Shown in pieces: positions 8,606-17,947 of a stretch of 63,389 nucleotides of DNA. A model generated the notes under the pieces. The model was given only the letters and a program-made list of their open reading frames with translations. It ran no database searches and was not told the origin of the DNA. A program made the translations under genes and the position numbers. The first letter of the stretch is position 1. The number at the start of each line of letters is the position of its first letter. The DNA comes from Acidobacteriota bacterium (GTDB lineage: Bacteria > Acidobacteriota > Thermoanaerobaculia > Multivoradales > J023): NCBI GenBank assembly GCA_039184055.1, contig JBCDBH010000001.1:1-63389 (forward strand), written 5' to 3'.

Positions 8606-10316
8606 CCGCGTCGAGATCGGGCTCGACCCGTGCCCGGGTCGCCTGTTCATAGGCATAGCCGACGGCGAGCAAATCCGGCTCACCGAGAAAACGACCGATC
8701 ATCACCAGCCCCCGTGGCTCGCCGTCATCGGCTAGGCCGCTCGGCACGGCGAGCGCGGGATAACCGGCGGCGGCGTAGACCTGGCTGCCGGCGATCAGCA
8801 CGTCGATATCGTAGGTGTCGAAGAGCCGATCGAGATGCTCGCGGGCGATCCGGGGGTTCTCCTCACGCGCCTTGGCGTAGTCCGGGTCGTCGAGATCGGC
8901 CTCGGCCGAAGCGGCGAGAAAGTCCTGACCGAAGGGGATGCGGTTGGCGGGATCTTCGTTGTTGTACGCAACGATCGCCGCCATCGAGTCGAAGGGAGCG
9001 TCGACCCGGGCGAGAAACGGATCGAGCGCGGCGCGAAAACCGACCCGGAGCGCGGCGCTCGGATTCGGGCTTTGCGGACGCTCACGCCAGTCGATCGCGA
9101 CCGTGTCGATCTGCAGCTCGCGCAAGACCTCGAGTGCCTGGCGCGCCTGGCGATCGTAGGCTTCGTAATAGGACTGCCAGCGGCGGTAACTCGCCAGCTC
9201 GTCTTCGTCCAGGCCTTCCGGCGGGGCCGGAGCGTCCTCGGCCAAGGCGGCGAAAAACGCTTCGCCGTAGGTCACCACACCGACTCGACGCTGACGTGCC
9301 GCCTCGCGGTCGAGCAGCTGGGAAACGTCGAGACCGTCCAACTCCTCAGCGGCGTCGGTGACCGGGTCGTTCGCGTCGACGCCCATGCCGGCTGCGAACA
9401 AGAACGCGACATCGGTCACCGTCCGTCCCATCGGTCCAGGCACGTCCATCCACTCGACCAGCGGCACGATCATGTCGCGGCTCCACGCGCCCATGCTCGT
9501 CTTGAGACCGACGATGCCGTTGACCTCCGCCGGACGGATGATCGAGCCTTGCGTCTCGGTGCCGACGCTCACCGTGGCGAGCCGAGCCGCCACCGCCACC
9601 GCCGAGCCCGAGCTCGATCCGAGCGGATCGAACGCACCGTGCGGATGACGCGTCTGGCCACCGAGCGCGCTAAAGCCATTGGGAAGATCCGGATCGAGGT
9701 AATTGGCCCACTCCGAGAGATTCGCTTTGCCGAGGATCACCGCGCCGGCCGCGCGGAGCTGGGTCACTAAGAAGGCGTCGCGAGCCGGTCGCCAATCACG
9801 CAAAGCCAATGCACCCGCCGCGGTATGCATGCGATCGGACGTGGCGATGTTGTCCTTGAGCAGAACCGGAATACCGTGGAGCGGTCCACGGGTTCCGTCG
9901 GCACGTTCGGCATCGCGTGCGCGGGCGATTTCGAGAGCCTCGGGGTTGAGCTCGAGCACCGCGTTGAGCTTGTCGACGTCGTAGCGTTTGATGCGATCGA
10001 CGTAGTGCAGCACCAGCTCTTCACTGCTCAGCGCGCCAGCGTCCATGGCCGCTTGGATCTCGGGGATGGTCGCCGTGGCGAGCCGGCTCTCCAGCTCGCT
10101 CAGCCGCGTCGCACCGAGCGCGTCGAGTGCGTCGACGAGCGGTGAGAGATCACGTGGCCGCTTGGATGTGTACGTCGGCTCGGCGAGTGGAAACGCTGGT
10201 TCGGCGTCGCCAACGACGTCTTGACTGGCGGGACTGGCCTCATCGGCGGGAGGTGGCGCGGCGCAGCCGGTGGCGAGAAGGAGGACAACGACAAAGAGGA
10301 TGCGGAGCTCGGTCAT
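8586..10316 (-). CDS. Amidase-signature family lipoprotein
   Basis: Lipobox LLLATGC. Catalytic-Lys context GIPVLLKDNIAT. Amidase signature GSSSGSAVAVAARLATVSVGTETQGSIIRPA. Confidence 0.85.
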   Translation of the reverse strand: MTELRILFVVVLLLATGCAAPPPADEASPASQDVVGDAEPAFPLAEPTYTSKRPRDLSPLVDALDALGATRLSELESRLATATIPEIQAAMDAGALSSEELVLHYVDRIKRYDVDKLNAVLELNPEALEIARARDAERADGTRGPLHGIPVLLKDNIATSDRMHTAAGALALRDWRPARDAFLVTQLRAAGAVILGKANLSEWANYLDPDLPNGFSALGGQTRHPHGAFDPLGSSSGSAVAVAARLATVSVGTETQGSIIRPAEVNGIVGLKTSMGAWSRDMIVPLVEWMDVPGPMGRTVTDVAFLFAAGMGVDANDPVTDAAEELDGLDVSQLLDREAARQRRVGVVTYGEAFFAALAEDAPAPPEGLDEDELASYRRWQSYYEAYDRQARQALEVLRELQIDTVAIDWRERPQSPNPSAALRVGFRAALDPFLARVDAPFDSMAAIVAYNNEDPANRIPFGQDFLAASAEADLDDPDYAKAREENPRIAREHLDRLFDTYDIDVLIAGSQVYAAAGYPALAVPSGLADDGEPRGLVMIGRFLGEPDLLAVGYAYEQATRARVEPDLDAVTASFP

Positions 10317-10421
10317 GTCGTCGATCGTACAGCGAGCCGACGGTCAACTTGGCGCGTTTTGCTAGTTGCGTGGCGTTTCTGGCTCGGTACCCTTGTACCG
10401 TAAAGCAAGGAGCGAGATGCG

Positions 10422-11411
10422 ATGCGATCGAATTCATTTGTCATTCACCCAGGCTGGCGTCTCATGTGTCGAGACGTCGGGCTTCATCCGGCCAATGTTC
10501 TCAGGCGGGCCGATCTTCCCGACGATCTGCTGTCGCGACCGGGCGCGACGCTGTCGACCCCGGAGTATTTTCGTTTTTGGCGGGCGATCGAGCAGGAGGC
10601 GGACGATCCGACGATCGCGATTCGGATCGGAGCCTCGATCTCGGTCGAAGCCTTCGACGCGCCGATTTTCGCCGCGTTGTGTAGCCCGAATCTCAACATT
10701 GCTCTACATCGCCTGAGCCGCTACAAGGCGTTGATCTGTCCGATGCGGCTCGAGGTCGATGAAACCGAGTCGGTTACCACGCTGGCGATCGAATGGCTCG
10801 ACAAGAGTGAAGAACCACCCCAAGCCCTGACGGGTCTCGAACTCGTGTTCTTCATTCAGCTCGCTCGACTGGCGACCCGTGAGCCGATTCGGCCGCTCAA
10901 GCTCACCGCGCCCGTGCCACCCGAGCCCGCCGGCGCGTATACCGAATTTCTCGGGCAGCGAATCGAGACCGGTTCACGGCTCACCATTACTTTTGCGGCG
11001 GCCGACGCCACTCGCCCATTCCTGACCGCCAACGAGGCGATGTGGGAGTTCTTCGAGCCCGAGCTCAGGCGTCGTCTCTCCGAGCTCGACGAAACCGCCA
11101 CCGTCTCTGACCGCGTTCACGCCGCCCTGCTCGAGCTCCTACCCAGCGGCTCGTCGTCTTTGCAAGACGTCGCCAAAACCCTCGCGGTCAGCAGCCGCAC
11201 CCTGCAGCGTCGGCTCCGTGACGAAGGCGAGAGCTTTCGCACCGTGCTCGACGCCACCCGCGAAGAGCTCGCGCGTCACTACCTCACCAGCTCCACCATG
11301 TCCGGGGCCGAGATCTCCTTCCTGCTCGGATTCGAGGATCCGAACTCCTTCTTCCGTGCCTTTCACGCCTGGACCGGCGAGACACCCGAGCAGGCGCGTT
11401 CAGCGTCGTAG
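10422..11411 (+). CDS. AraC-family transcriptional regulator (arabinose-binding-domain-2 type N-terminus)
   Basis: The N-terminus VIHPGWRLMCRDVGLHPANVLRRADLP is typical of the EutR/OruR-like AraC subgroup. C-terminal AraC HTH (LAVSSRTLQRRLRDEGESFRTVLDATREELARHYL...GFEDPNSFFRAFHAWTG). Confidence 0.8.
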   Translation: MRSNSFVIHPGWRLMCRDVGLHPANVLRRADLPDDLLSRPGATLSTPEYFRFWRAIEQEADDPTIAIRIGASISVEAFDAPIFAALCSPNLNIALHRLSRYKALICPMRLEVDETESVTTLAIEWLDKSEEPPQALTGLELVFFIQLARLATREPIRPLKLTAPVPPEPAGAYTEFLGQRIETGSRLTITFAAADATRPFLTANEAMWEFFEPELRRRLSELDETATVSDRVHAALLELLPSGSSSLQDVAKTLAVSSRTLQRRLRDEGESFRTVLDATREELARHYLTSSTMSGAEISFLLGFEDPNSFFRAFHAWTGETPEQARSAS

Positions 11412-12887
11412 CGGCGCGGTGAGCTCGTCGAGCACGTCGAGAACGAGATCGACAGTATCGAGGTGCGTGCGGAAGGAGAGCGGCGCGATGCGCAGGGTGA
11501 AGCGACCGTCGAGCATGGTGGTGGAGAGGAAGATCCGGCCGTCGGCGAGGAGCTGGTCGCGGAGGCGTTGGTTGATGGCGTTCGCTTTTTCAAGGTCATC
11601 GGCATCAGCGGAATCGGCGGGCCAGCGAAAGACGATCACGCCGAGGTCGGGCTCGGGACCGACTTCGAAGCCGAGCTCTTGGACGCGTGTATAGAAGTAT
11701 CGAGCCAGCTCGAGTTTCTCTTCGAGTGCGGCGACGAAAGGACGGGTGCCGAGATGGGCGAGCGGGAGCCACAGACGCAGGGCGCGGAACGGTCGCGTGA
11801 GCTCGGGTGAGACGTCGGCCGGGGAGAGGACATCGGCGTGACCGGTGTCCTGAAGGTAGGGGCCGGTGTCACGCATGGCGGTGGTGAGGGTGGTGGCGTC
11901 ACGCGTGAGCACCACACCCACGCCCCATGCCGCGAAAAGGCCTTTGTGGGGATCGAGAATCACCGAATCCGATCGTTCGATGCCACGCATCATCGCGCGG
12001 CCGTGTTCGGTGAGCAGGAAGAAACCCCCGTAGGCGGCGTCGACGTGAAACCAGCAGTGTTCTCGTTCGGCAATGTCGGCGATCGCTGCGAGCGGATCGA
12101 CCGCGCCGACTTCGGTGGTACCGGCGGTCGCGGTGATCAGCCACGGGCGAAGGCCCTGGGCGCGATCGGTGGCGATCGCTTCGGCGAGGGCGTCGGGTCG
12201 CATGCGATAGCGCTCGTCGATCGGGATGATGCGGAGTTGAGCTTCGCTGAGGCCGGCGACCCGTAGCGCCTTGCCTAGAGCGTGATGGGTTTGCGCGGTG
12301 AGGTAGACCACCGCCGATGGAATGTCGGCGGCACGCAGCCCCGCAGCCTCACGCGCCGCGACTACCGCGGTCAAGATGGCGATGCTGCCCCCGGAGAGAA
12401 CCGCGCCTCCCGCTTCGGCCGGGTAGCCGACCAGGTCGGCGATCCACCGCACGACTTGGTTTTCGATCCGAACCTCGCCGGGTCCTGGGAAGTAAATGCC
12501 GGTGTATTTGTTGGTGATCGCGCTTGCGAAATCGGCCAGCGCGCCGTGGTAGAGCCCACCACCGGTGAAATAGGCGACATGACCTGGCGACGCGGGTTGC
12601 GCGCTCGGTGTGACGACGGCGTTTTCCAGAAGCTCGACGATGCTCTCGATCGGTCGGCCCTCGGCCGCGATCGGGTGCACGTCGACTTCGAAGGCGCGCT
12701 CCGGCTCGTCGACAAATGCCTTCATCGTACGCGCCCGGCCGAGAAATCCCTCGGTCAGTGGCTCGAAGGCTGCCCGCAACCGGGCACGCTCGGCGGCGTC
12801 TGGGTCGAGCACGCGTGACGCGGCTTCGAGAGCCCGGATCGTCTCGATCATGCCGTTTCGTTCCATACGGATTCTTCTATCACGCAC
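11400..12887 (-). CDS. Group II pyridoxal-phosphate-dependent (aromatic-amino-acid/glutamate-type) decarboxylase
   Basis: PLP-lysine motif SVILDPHKGLFAAWG. FHVDAAYGGF upstream of it. The length (~480-495 aa) fits the family. The start is uncertain among M1, M8 and M13. Confidence 0.8.
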   Translation of the reverse strand: MRDRRIRMERNGMIETIRALEAASRVLDPDAAERARLRAAFEPLTEGFLGRARTMKAFVDEPERAFEVDVHPIAAEGRPIESIVELLENAVVTPSAQPASPGHVAYFTGGGLYHGALADFASAITNKYTGIYFPGPGEVRIENQVVRWIADLVGYPAEAGGAVLSGGSIAILTAVVAAREAAGLRAADIPSAVVYLTAQTHHALGKALRVAGLSEAQLRIIPIDERYRMRPDALAEAIATDRAQGLRPWLITATAGTTEVGAVDPLAAIADIAEREHCWFHVDAAYGGFFLLTEHGRAMMRGIERSDSVILDPHKGLFAAWGVGVVLTRDATTLTTAMRDTGPYLQDTGHADVLSPADVSPELTRPFRALRLWLPLAHLGTRPFVAALEEKLELARYFYTRVQELGFEVGPEPDLGVIVFRWPADSADADDLEKANAINQRLRDQLLADGRIFLSTTMLDGRFTLRIAPLSFRTHLDTVDLVLDVLDELTAPLRR

Positions 12888-13022
12888 GGCGTCGGTCAGA
12901 ACAATGATGCAATCGTGAACGTGGTGCCCATCAAGTGGTTCAATATCGTGTTGGACGCGTGTGGGCTAAGGTGGGTCGAGCGCAACGGCGCCCTGCGACA
13001 GAATGGGAATCGGAGGTCACTC

Positions 13023-14300
13023 ATGAAATGGAACGGTTGGTTGCTGGTGTTGATGGGCCTCGTGCTGGCCGGATGTGGTACCGGCGAGACGTCACTCGAG
13101 ACGAATGATGTCGCGCCGACGGTGCGCCTGCAGATGGTGGACGAGCCGGTCCACGTACTCGGGCAGCTGGCGCGGGAGCCGATGGTCGTCGAGCATCCCA
13201 GCGGCACGCTCTTTCTTTCCGGATTCGGATCGCAGATCCATGGAGTCGATCCCAATCAACCGCCCTACCTGTGGAGAAGCGCCGACGGCGGAAGCAGCTG
13301 GACTCCTGTGGACGTTGGCACCGCGGAGGACGGTGCGCGGGGGAACTCCGACGTGGATCTCGCGGTCGGCCCCAGCGGCGAGCTCTACTTCGCCGTCATG
13401 GGCTTCGATCGCAGCACGTTCGAGGGGACCCACATTGTGGTGGGTGTGAGCCATGACGTCGGCGAAAGCTGGGTTTGGACACCTCTTTCCGAGGATCGTG
13501 GCGATGACCGCCCGTGGGTAGTCGTCGCGCCTGATGGAACGGCCCACGTGGTGTGGAACGACGGCCAGGGCGTGAACCACGCCAGGAGTACTGATGGCGG
13601 ACTCAGCTGGATCGAGGGTGCCGAGGTGTCCGACATGGGCGGTTCGAGTCACCTGGCGGTTGGGCCGCAAGGAGAGCTGGCGGTGAGAATCACGCCTCTG
13701 TCGGCTTCAGGTCGTCAATTCGACGAAGGATTCGAGAAGGTGGCCGTGAGCGTGGATCAGGGAAACACATGGGTGCTGCACGACTTTCCTGGTCAGATCG
13801 AGTGGGATCCGACTTTCCAAAACACCGGCGCGATTCCTCGCTGGGTGGAGCCGTTGGCCTGGGACGCGGACGGCGCGCTCTATTTGCTATGGAGTGAGGG
13901 CACCAACGTCGAGCTGGCCCGCTCCGAGGATCGTGGCGCGAGCTGGACGATGAGGGAGATCGCCAACGATCAGATGTCCGCCTTCTTCCCGTATCTCGTG
14001 GCGCGGGGCTCTGGCGAGCTTGCCGCCACCTGGTTCACGGGGGACGGGGACAGTCTCTACGTCAATCTGGCTCTCATCAGGGACGACACGACAGCCGATG
14101 CGTCTCAGGAGATTGTGCGCGCCGACGGTTTCGAGCCTCAGACCTGGATGGACACGGTGGAAACCAAAGCGCGAGACACGGCCGGCGAGTATGTGCCGGT
14201 GATCTTCCTCGCGGATGGCGACCTAGGCGTGGTGACGCCGGTGCAGGATGCCCACAATGACCGTTACGGCTTCACCTGGTGGAGATTCCGGGTGGAGTAG
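13023..14300 (+). CDS. BNR/Asp-box repeat lipoprotein (sialidase-like beta-propeller)
   Basis: Lipoprotein signal MKWNGWLLVLMGLVLAGCG at ATG 13023. Five Asp-boxes: SADGGSSWT, SHDVGESWV, STDGGLSWI, SVDQGNTWV, SEDRGASWT. Confidence 0.8.
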   Translation: MKWNGWLLVLMGLVLAGCGTGETSLETNDVAPTVRLQMVDEPVHVLGQLAREPMVVEHPSGTLFLSGFGSQIHGVDPNQPPYLWRSADGGSSWTPVDVGTAEDGARGNSDVDLAVGPSGELYFAVMGFDRSTFEGTHIVVGVSHDVGESWVWTPLSEDRGDDRPWVVVAPDGTAHVVWNDGQGVNHARSTDGGLSWIEGAEVSDMGGSSHLAVGPQGELAVRITPLSASGRQFDEGFEKVAVSVDQGNTWVLHDFPGQIEWDPTFQNTGAIPRWVEPLAWDADGALYLLWSEGTNVELARSEDRGASWTMREIANDQMSAFFPYLVARGSGELAATWFTGDGDSLYVNLALIRDDTTADASQEIVRADGFEPQTWMDTVETKARDTAGEYVPVIFLADGDLGVVTPVQDAHNDRYGFTWWRFRVE

Positions 14301-14355
14301 AGGGTGCCGGTCGAGGCTCGGCTACTGTCGCGGGCTCGCGGATCGATCTGAAGAA

Positions 14356-14431
14356 TGGTGGAGCGGAAGGGATTCGAACCCTCGACCCCCACGATGCGAA
14401 CGTGGTGCTCTCCCAGCTGAGCTACCGCCCC
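14356..14431 (-). tRNA. tRNA-Ala (anticodon CGC), CCA encoded
   Basis: Reverse complement is GGGGCGGTAGCTCAGCTGGGAGAGCACCACGTTCGCATCGTGGGGGTCGAGGGTTCGAATCCCTTCCGCTCCACCA. It folds by hand into a cloverleaf with a 7-bp acceptor stem carrying the G3:U70 Ala identity pair, anticodon loop TTCGCAT, T-loop TTCGAAT and a 76-nt length. Confidence 0.95.
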
Positions 14432-14480
14432 ATTCAGGCAGGTTTCACGCGGCCACGAAGCGGTCGCGGAAAGGAGCCGT

Positions 14481-14509
14481 ATTGTACTGATGCCTCGGGG
14501 CGGGTGCAA
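14481..14509 (-). promoter_or_regulatory. Putative sigma70-type promoter of tRNA-Ala
   Basis: On the minus strand: TTGCAC (14509-14504), a 17-nt spacer, then TACAAT (14486-14481). It lies about 50 nt upstream of the mature tRNA 5' end. Confidence 0.5.
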
Positions 14510-14645
14510 GGGATTGATTGCCAGAATCAGCGATCTGCCATAAGCTGACCCCAAACACACTCGAACCCACCGTCACCGTGAGCGCGCTCGGTACCGACTC
14601 AGCACGCTCGTGGCTGCACGATCGTTCTATTTTCGAGGAGGAAGT

Positions 14646-16121
14646 ATGTGGAAAAAAGACCATCCATCACGACGTGATTTTCTACGGGGTCTCGGCGTCG
14701 CGGCCGGTTCGTTGACATTGGCCGGCTGCCCGGGGGGCAAGGCGCCGGTTGCCGAGGATGATGTTGTCGAGCCGGACAACGACACGAGCGGTAGCAACGG
14801 CTCGTCATCGGGCATCGTGGTGCGGCACGATGTGATGAGCGCGGAAGGGCAGGCGCAGCTCGATGCTTATCGCGCGGCGATTACGGCGATGCAAGGTCTC
14901 GACCCTAGTGATCCCACCAGCTGGCGAGCGCAGGCCAATATCCATCTCAGTTGGTGTCCGCACGGTAACGCCTTCTTCCTTCCCTGGCATCGTGGCTATC
15001 TGCACTACTTCGAAGAGGTCATTCGTTTCCACTCGGGTGATCCGACTTTCGCGTTGCCTTATTGGGATTGGACGACCCATCCGGCTTTGCCACCGGCGTT
15101 TTTCGAGGGTGCGCTCAACGATCCAACCCGGACGATCGAACCCGGCGAGGAAATCCCGCCGCAGTTCGTTGGTCCGCAGGTGATTGCGGACATTTTGGCG
15201 ATCAATGATTTTCAGACCTTCGCCAGCGCCTATGTGCAGAACATCACTCCCGGGTGCAACCCACCAGGGAATCCACCGTGTTGCAGTGCGTCGTTCGATG
15301 GTAAGGAGCAACGGGCCAGTTGTGGTACCGGTGAGCTCGAGGGTACGCCGCACAACAACGTTCACAACCTTGTGGGCGGCAACATGAGAACCTATCTGTC
15401 ACCCCTCGATCCGATCTTCTGGTTGCACCACTGTAATGTCGATCGTTTGTGGATGGAGTGGAATAAAAACCACGCGAACGGCGATTTCGGGCCCTGGCGC
15501 ACCTTCGAGTTCGTCGATAATTTTGTCGACGGTGAAGGTGTCCCCCAGAGCATCCGGGTCGACCAAACGTTCGACACCACAGCGTTGGGCTACCGGTATG
15601 ACACGTCACCGGCGACCGAGAGTGCGCAGGTGCCTCAAGCTTCGACAGTTGTGGCTTTCGCCGAGGCATCGATCGCCGAGCCCACGGACGGTGACACGCT
15701 CGCCGTGGCGTTGACCTTGCCCGAGAACGTCGCCAGCCGATTGGAGCAGAAAGCCAGCGGCCTGGAAACCGGGACGCTCGACAGTCTGAGGTTGACGCTC
15801 GGTGGCGTTGCCGTACCGAATCAAGCGTTGGCTGGGGAGCTTTATGTCGGTGCTGCGGACAGCCCGGGCGGTTCGGACAGCGACGCGTATGTCGGCACGT
15901 TTGGTTTCTTCCCGACCGGTGAGGCCGCCCACGAGCACGGCGGGCACGAGAAGGCCTTTCTCTTCGATATCGGCTCGGTCGTAGCTCGGATGCCCGCTTT
16001 CGATCGCGGTGCACCGCTCAACGTTCATCTCCGGACCACGGGTCTCGGTGCAGCCGAGAGCGCGTCGACCGAGCGGGTAAGCGCCAAGCGCGTGGTGCTC
16101 GAGGTGGTCGAGCACAGCTGA
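14646..16121 (+). CDS. TAT-exported lipoprotein tyrosinase / polyphenol oxidase (type-3 copper) with C-terminal extension domain
   Basis: GAGGAGG RBS before ATG 14646. Twin-arginine signal SRRDFLRGLGVAAGSLTLAGC with lipobox. CuA site HLSWCPHGNAFFLPWHRGYLHYFE. CuB site HNNVHNLVGG...DPIFWLHHCNVDRLW. About 120 aa of extra C-terminal domain. Confidence 0.9.
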   Translation: MWKKDHPSRRDFLRGLGVAAGSLTLAGCPGGKAPVAEDDVVEPDNDTSGSNGSSSGIVVRHDVMSAEGQAQLDAYRAAITAMQGLDPSDPTSWRAQANIHLSWCPHGNAFFLPWHRGYLHYFEEVIRFHSGDPTFALPYWDWTTHPALPPAFFEGALNDPTRTIEPGEEIPPQFVGPQVIADILAINDFQTFASAYVQNITPGCNPPGNPPCCSASFDGKEQRASCGTGELEGTPHNNVHNLVGGNMRTYLSPLDPIFWLHHCNVDRLWMEWNKNHANGDFGPWRTFEFVDNFVDGEGVPQSIRVDQTFDTTALGYRYDTSPATESAQVPQASTVVAFAEASIAEPTDGDTLAVALTLPENVASRLEQKASGLETGTLDSLRLTLGGVAVPNQALAGELYVGAADSPGGSDSDAYVGTFGFFPTGEAAHEHGGHEKAFLFDIGSVVARMPAFDRGAPLNVHLRTTGLGAAESASTERVSAKRVVLEVVEHS

Positions 16122-16153
16122 TTCTCCGGGGATGGAATCAGTGACAGAGTTGG

Positions 16154-16178
16154 CGGCCGGGTCATCTTGACCCGGCCG
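16154..16178. terminator. GC-rich hairpin between convergent genes (putative bidirectional terminator)
   Basis: cggccgggtc-atctt-gacccggccg forms a 10-bp perfect stem, followed by attcatttc. It lies between the tyrosinase stop (16121) and the minus-strand gene stop (16199). Confidence 0.55.
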
Positions 16179-16198
16179 ATTCATTTCAGAGCCGAGGG

Positions 16199-17200
16199 TC
16201 AATCGATACCGAAATCGAAGAGCAGAATCGTCTCGGTATCTTCCGCCGACCACACCGTCGGCAACTTGTACTCGTCGGGAATCTCTTCCCAGGTCTCGAA
16301 GAGGCGGCCCTCGATCATGAAGCGATCGGGGGTGGTGCTTTCGAGTGTGCGGCGACTCGCCTCGGGAAGCACTTGATACGTACGCAGTGGCGCGCTGGTG
16401 CCCGCCCGACTCCCAGCGATCAGCTCGAGCCCGCCGTCACCGTCGACATCGGCGCGAATCCAGGCCAAACCGAGAATTCGGTTGTAGGTGCCGTCGCCGA
16501 TCATGTCTTGCAGCTCTTCATTGAAGGCCTCGATCATCAGACGCGCTTCCTTCGCGTCCATCCGCACCGCGAAATGAAGCGAGCGGCTGATCAGCGGTGT
16601 CGTGCCGATGGCGAGATACTGCTCAGCTTCCGTCGCCTGATGCTGCAACACATATTGCATCAGCAGCTCATCGACCAACATGAAATCGACCTCTTCACCG
16701 AGCAGCCGTTCGAGGCTCTGCTGGTGGTCACGCCCCGCGACAAAGGTCACATCCTTGGCGTTGTCGAGCTCCTCACCGTAGGCATAGCCCTCGATGATCG
16801 CGACCTTCTTGCCCGTCAGAGCGCCGAGCGAAGCGGCGTCGACCGCGGTGCCTTTGCGACCGACGAGAATCAGTCGATTCTCGAGATATGGATCCGAGAA
16901 AAGCATGAAGGCTTCACGGTCCGTGCTGCGCCACAACGCCGGGCTTCCCGCATACTTCCCGAGCCGGAGCTCACGGGTGAGCTCACCCGCCGGGACGATC
17001 GACGTCGCTGCCTCATAACCGGCGCGAGACAAGGCCTCGTGCACCAAATCGATGGCAAAGCGAGAGGCGTCCGGTTCATCGCTGAACGGTGGCCAGGTCA
17101 CCGAAGCCAAATTGACCTCCGCCGACATCACGGGCGTCACCGCGCCAAAGGTCATCACCGCGATCCAAAGCACATGCCAAACAAGGCGCCGAATGGTCAT
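16199..17200 (-). CDS. Periplasmic solute-binding protein (family 3, amino-acid/polar-ligand type) with C-terminal extension
   Basis: Signal peptide MTIRRLVWHVLWIAVMTFGAVTPVMSA. SBP_bac_3-like body (VTWPPFSDE...GKKVAIIEGYAYGEEL...DFMLVDELLMQYV). The C-terminal ~90 aa contain DVDGDGGLELIAG. Confidence 0.6.
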   Translation of the reverse strand: MTIRRLVWHVLWIAVMTFGAVTPVMSAEVNLASVTWPPFSDEPDASRFAIDLVHEALSRAGYEAATSIVPAGELTRELRLGKYAGSPALWRSTDREAFMLFSDPYLENRLILVGRKGTAVDAASLGALTGKKVAIIEGYAYGEELDNAKDVTFVAGRDHQQSLERLLGEEVDFMLVDELLMQYVLQHQATEAEQYLAIGTTPLISRSLHFAVRMDAKEARLMIEAFNEELQDMIGDGTYNRILGLAWIRADVDGDGGLELIAGSRAGTSAPLRTYQVLPEASRRTLESTTPDRFMIEGRLFETWEEIPDEYKLPTVWSAEDTETILLFDFGID

Positions 17201-17290
17201 ATCGTCCCTCCACGGTTGTCGATCGAATCGGACACCTAGAGTCTATCGAACCGTTCACCACGCGTTGGTAAGCTGTGAGGGGAGGTAAGT

Positions 17291-17947
17291 ATGCGTAATG
17301 CCATTCGACTCTTGATTCTCGCTTCCATCTTTCTACTCGCGTGCGCCGAAACACCCGAGCCCGACGCGAACGATGTTCCTCAGGCCGACGAGTCGACAGT
17401 CGTCGACACCAACGCAGTCGGCGAATCGGTAGACGACCACACCACACCCGAAGCCAGTCAGGCCGATGACAAATCAGCGCCAACAAGCGTCGTCGTCGCC
17501 GCCGAACGCGCCATCACCTCTGGCCAGCCCGTCACCGTCCGCCTGCCCCTCGACGACACCCTCGTCGAAGCGATCATGCGCCACCACAACGACACCGACA
17601 CCACCCTCCGTCTCAGCCTCGAAGGCGTGCAAACCCCCACCGCCCAAGCCAGCGTACGCGTTTTCCTCAACCGCCCCGACGCCACCCTAGACACCCCGAT
17701 CGACGACCCTCACTACGTCGGCGACGTCGGCTTCTTCCCCAGCGGCCCCGAGGCCGCGGGCGACAAGAACGGTTTCCTACTCGACCTCGGCACCACCCTC
17801 GCCCGCTTCTACCCCGAAAGCCGCACCCGAGACGGTCATCTCGTCCTCACCCTCCTAGCCGCCCCCTTACTCGAAACCGCCACGGAAGGCGCCCCCGAAA
17901 TCGAAATCCCGATCGAAAGCGTCAGATTGGAAGTGATCGAGCCCTGA
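17291..17947 (+). CDS. Lipoprotein homologous to the C-terminal domain of the neighbouring tyrosinase
   Basis: Lipobox IFLLAC. The block LRLSLEGV...YVGDVGFFPSGPEAAGDKNGFLLDLGTTLARF...VRLEVIEP aligns by eye with tyrosinase LRLTLGGV...YVGTFGFFPTGEAAHEHGGHEKAFLFDIGSVVARM...VVLEVVEH. Confidence 0.75.
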   Translation: MRNAIRLLILASIFLLACAETPEPDANDVPQADESTVVDTNAVGESVDDHTTPEASQADDKSAPTSVVVAAERAITSGQPVTVRLPLDDTLVEAIMRHHNDTDTTLRLSLEGVQTPTAQASVRVFLNRPDATLDTPIDDPHYVGDVGFFPSGPEAAGDKNGFLLDLGTTLARFYPESRTRDGHLVLTLLAAPLLETATEGAPEIEIPIESVRLEVIEP

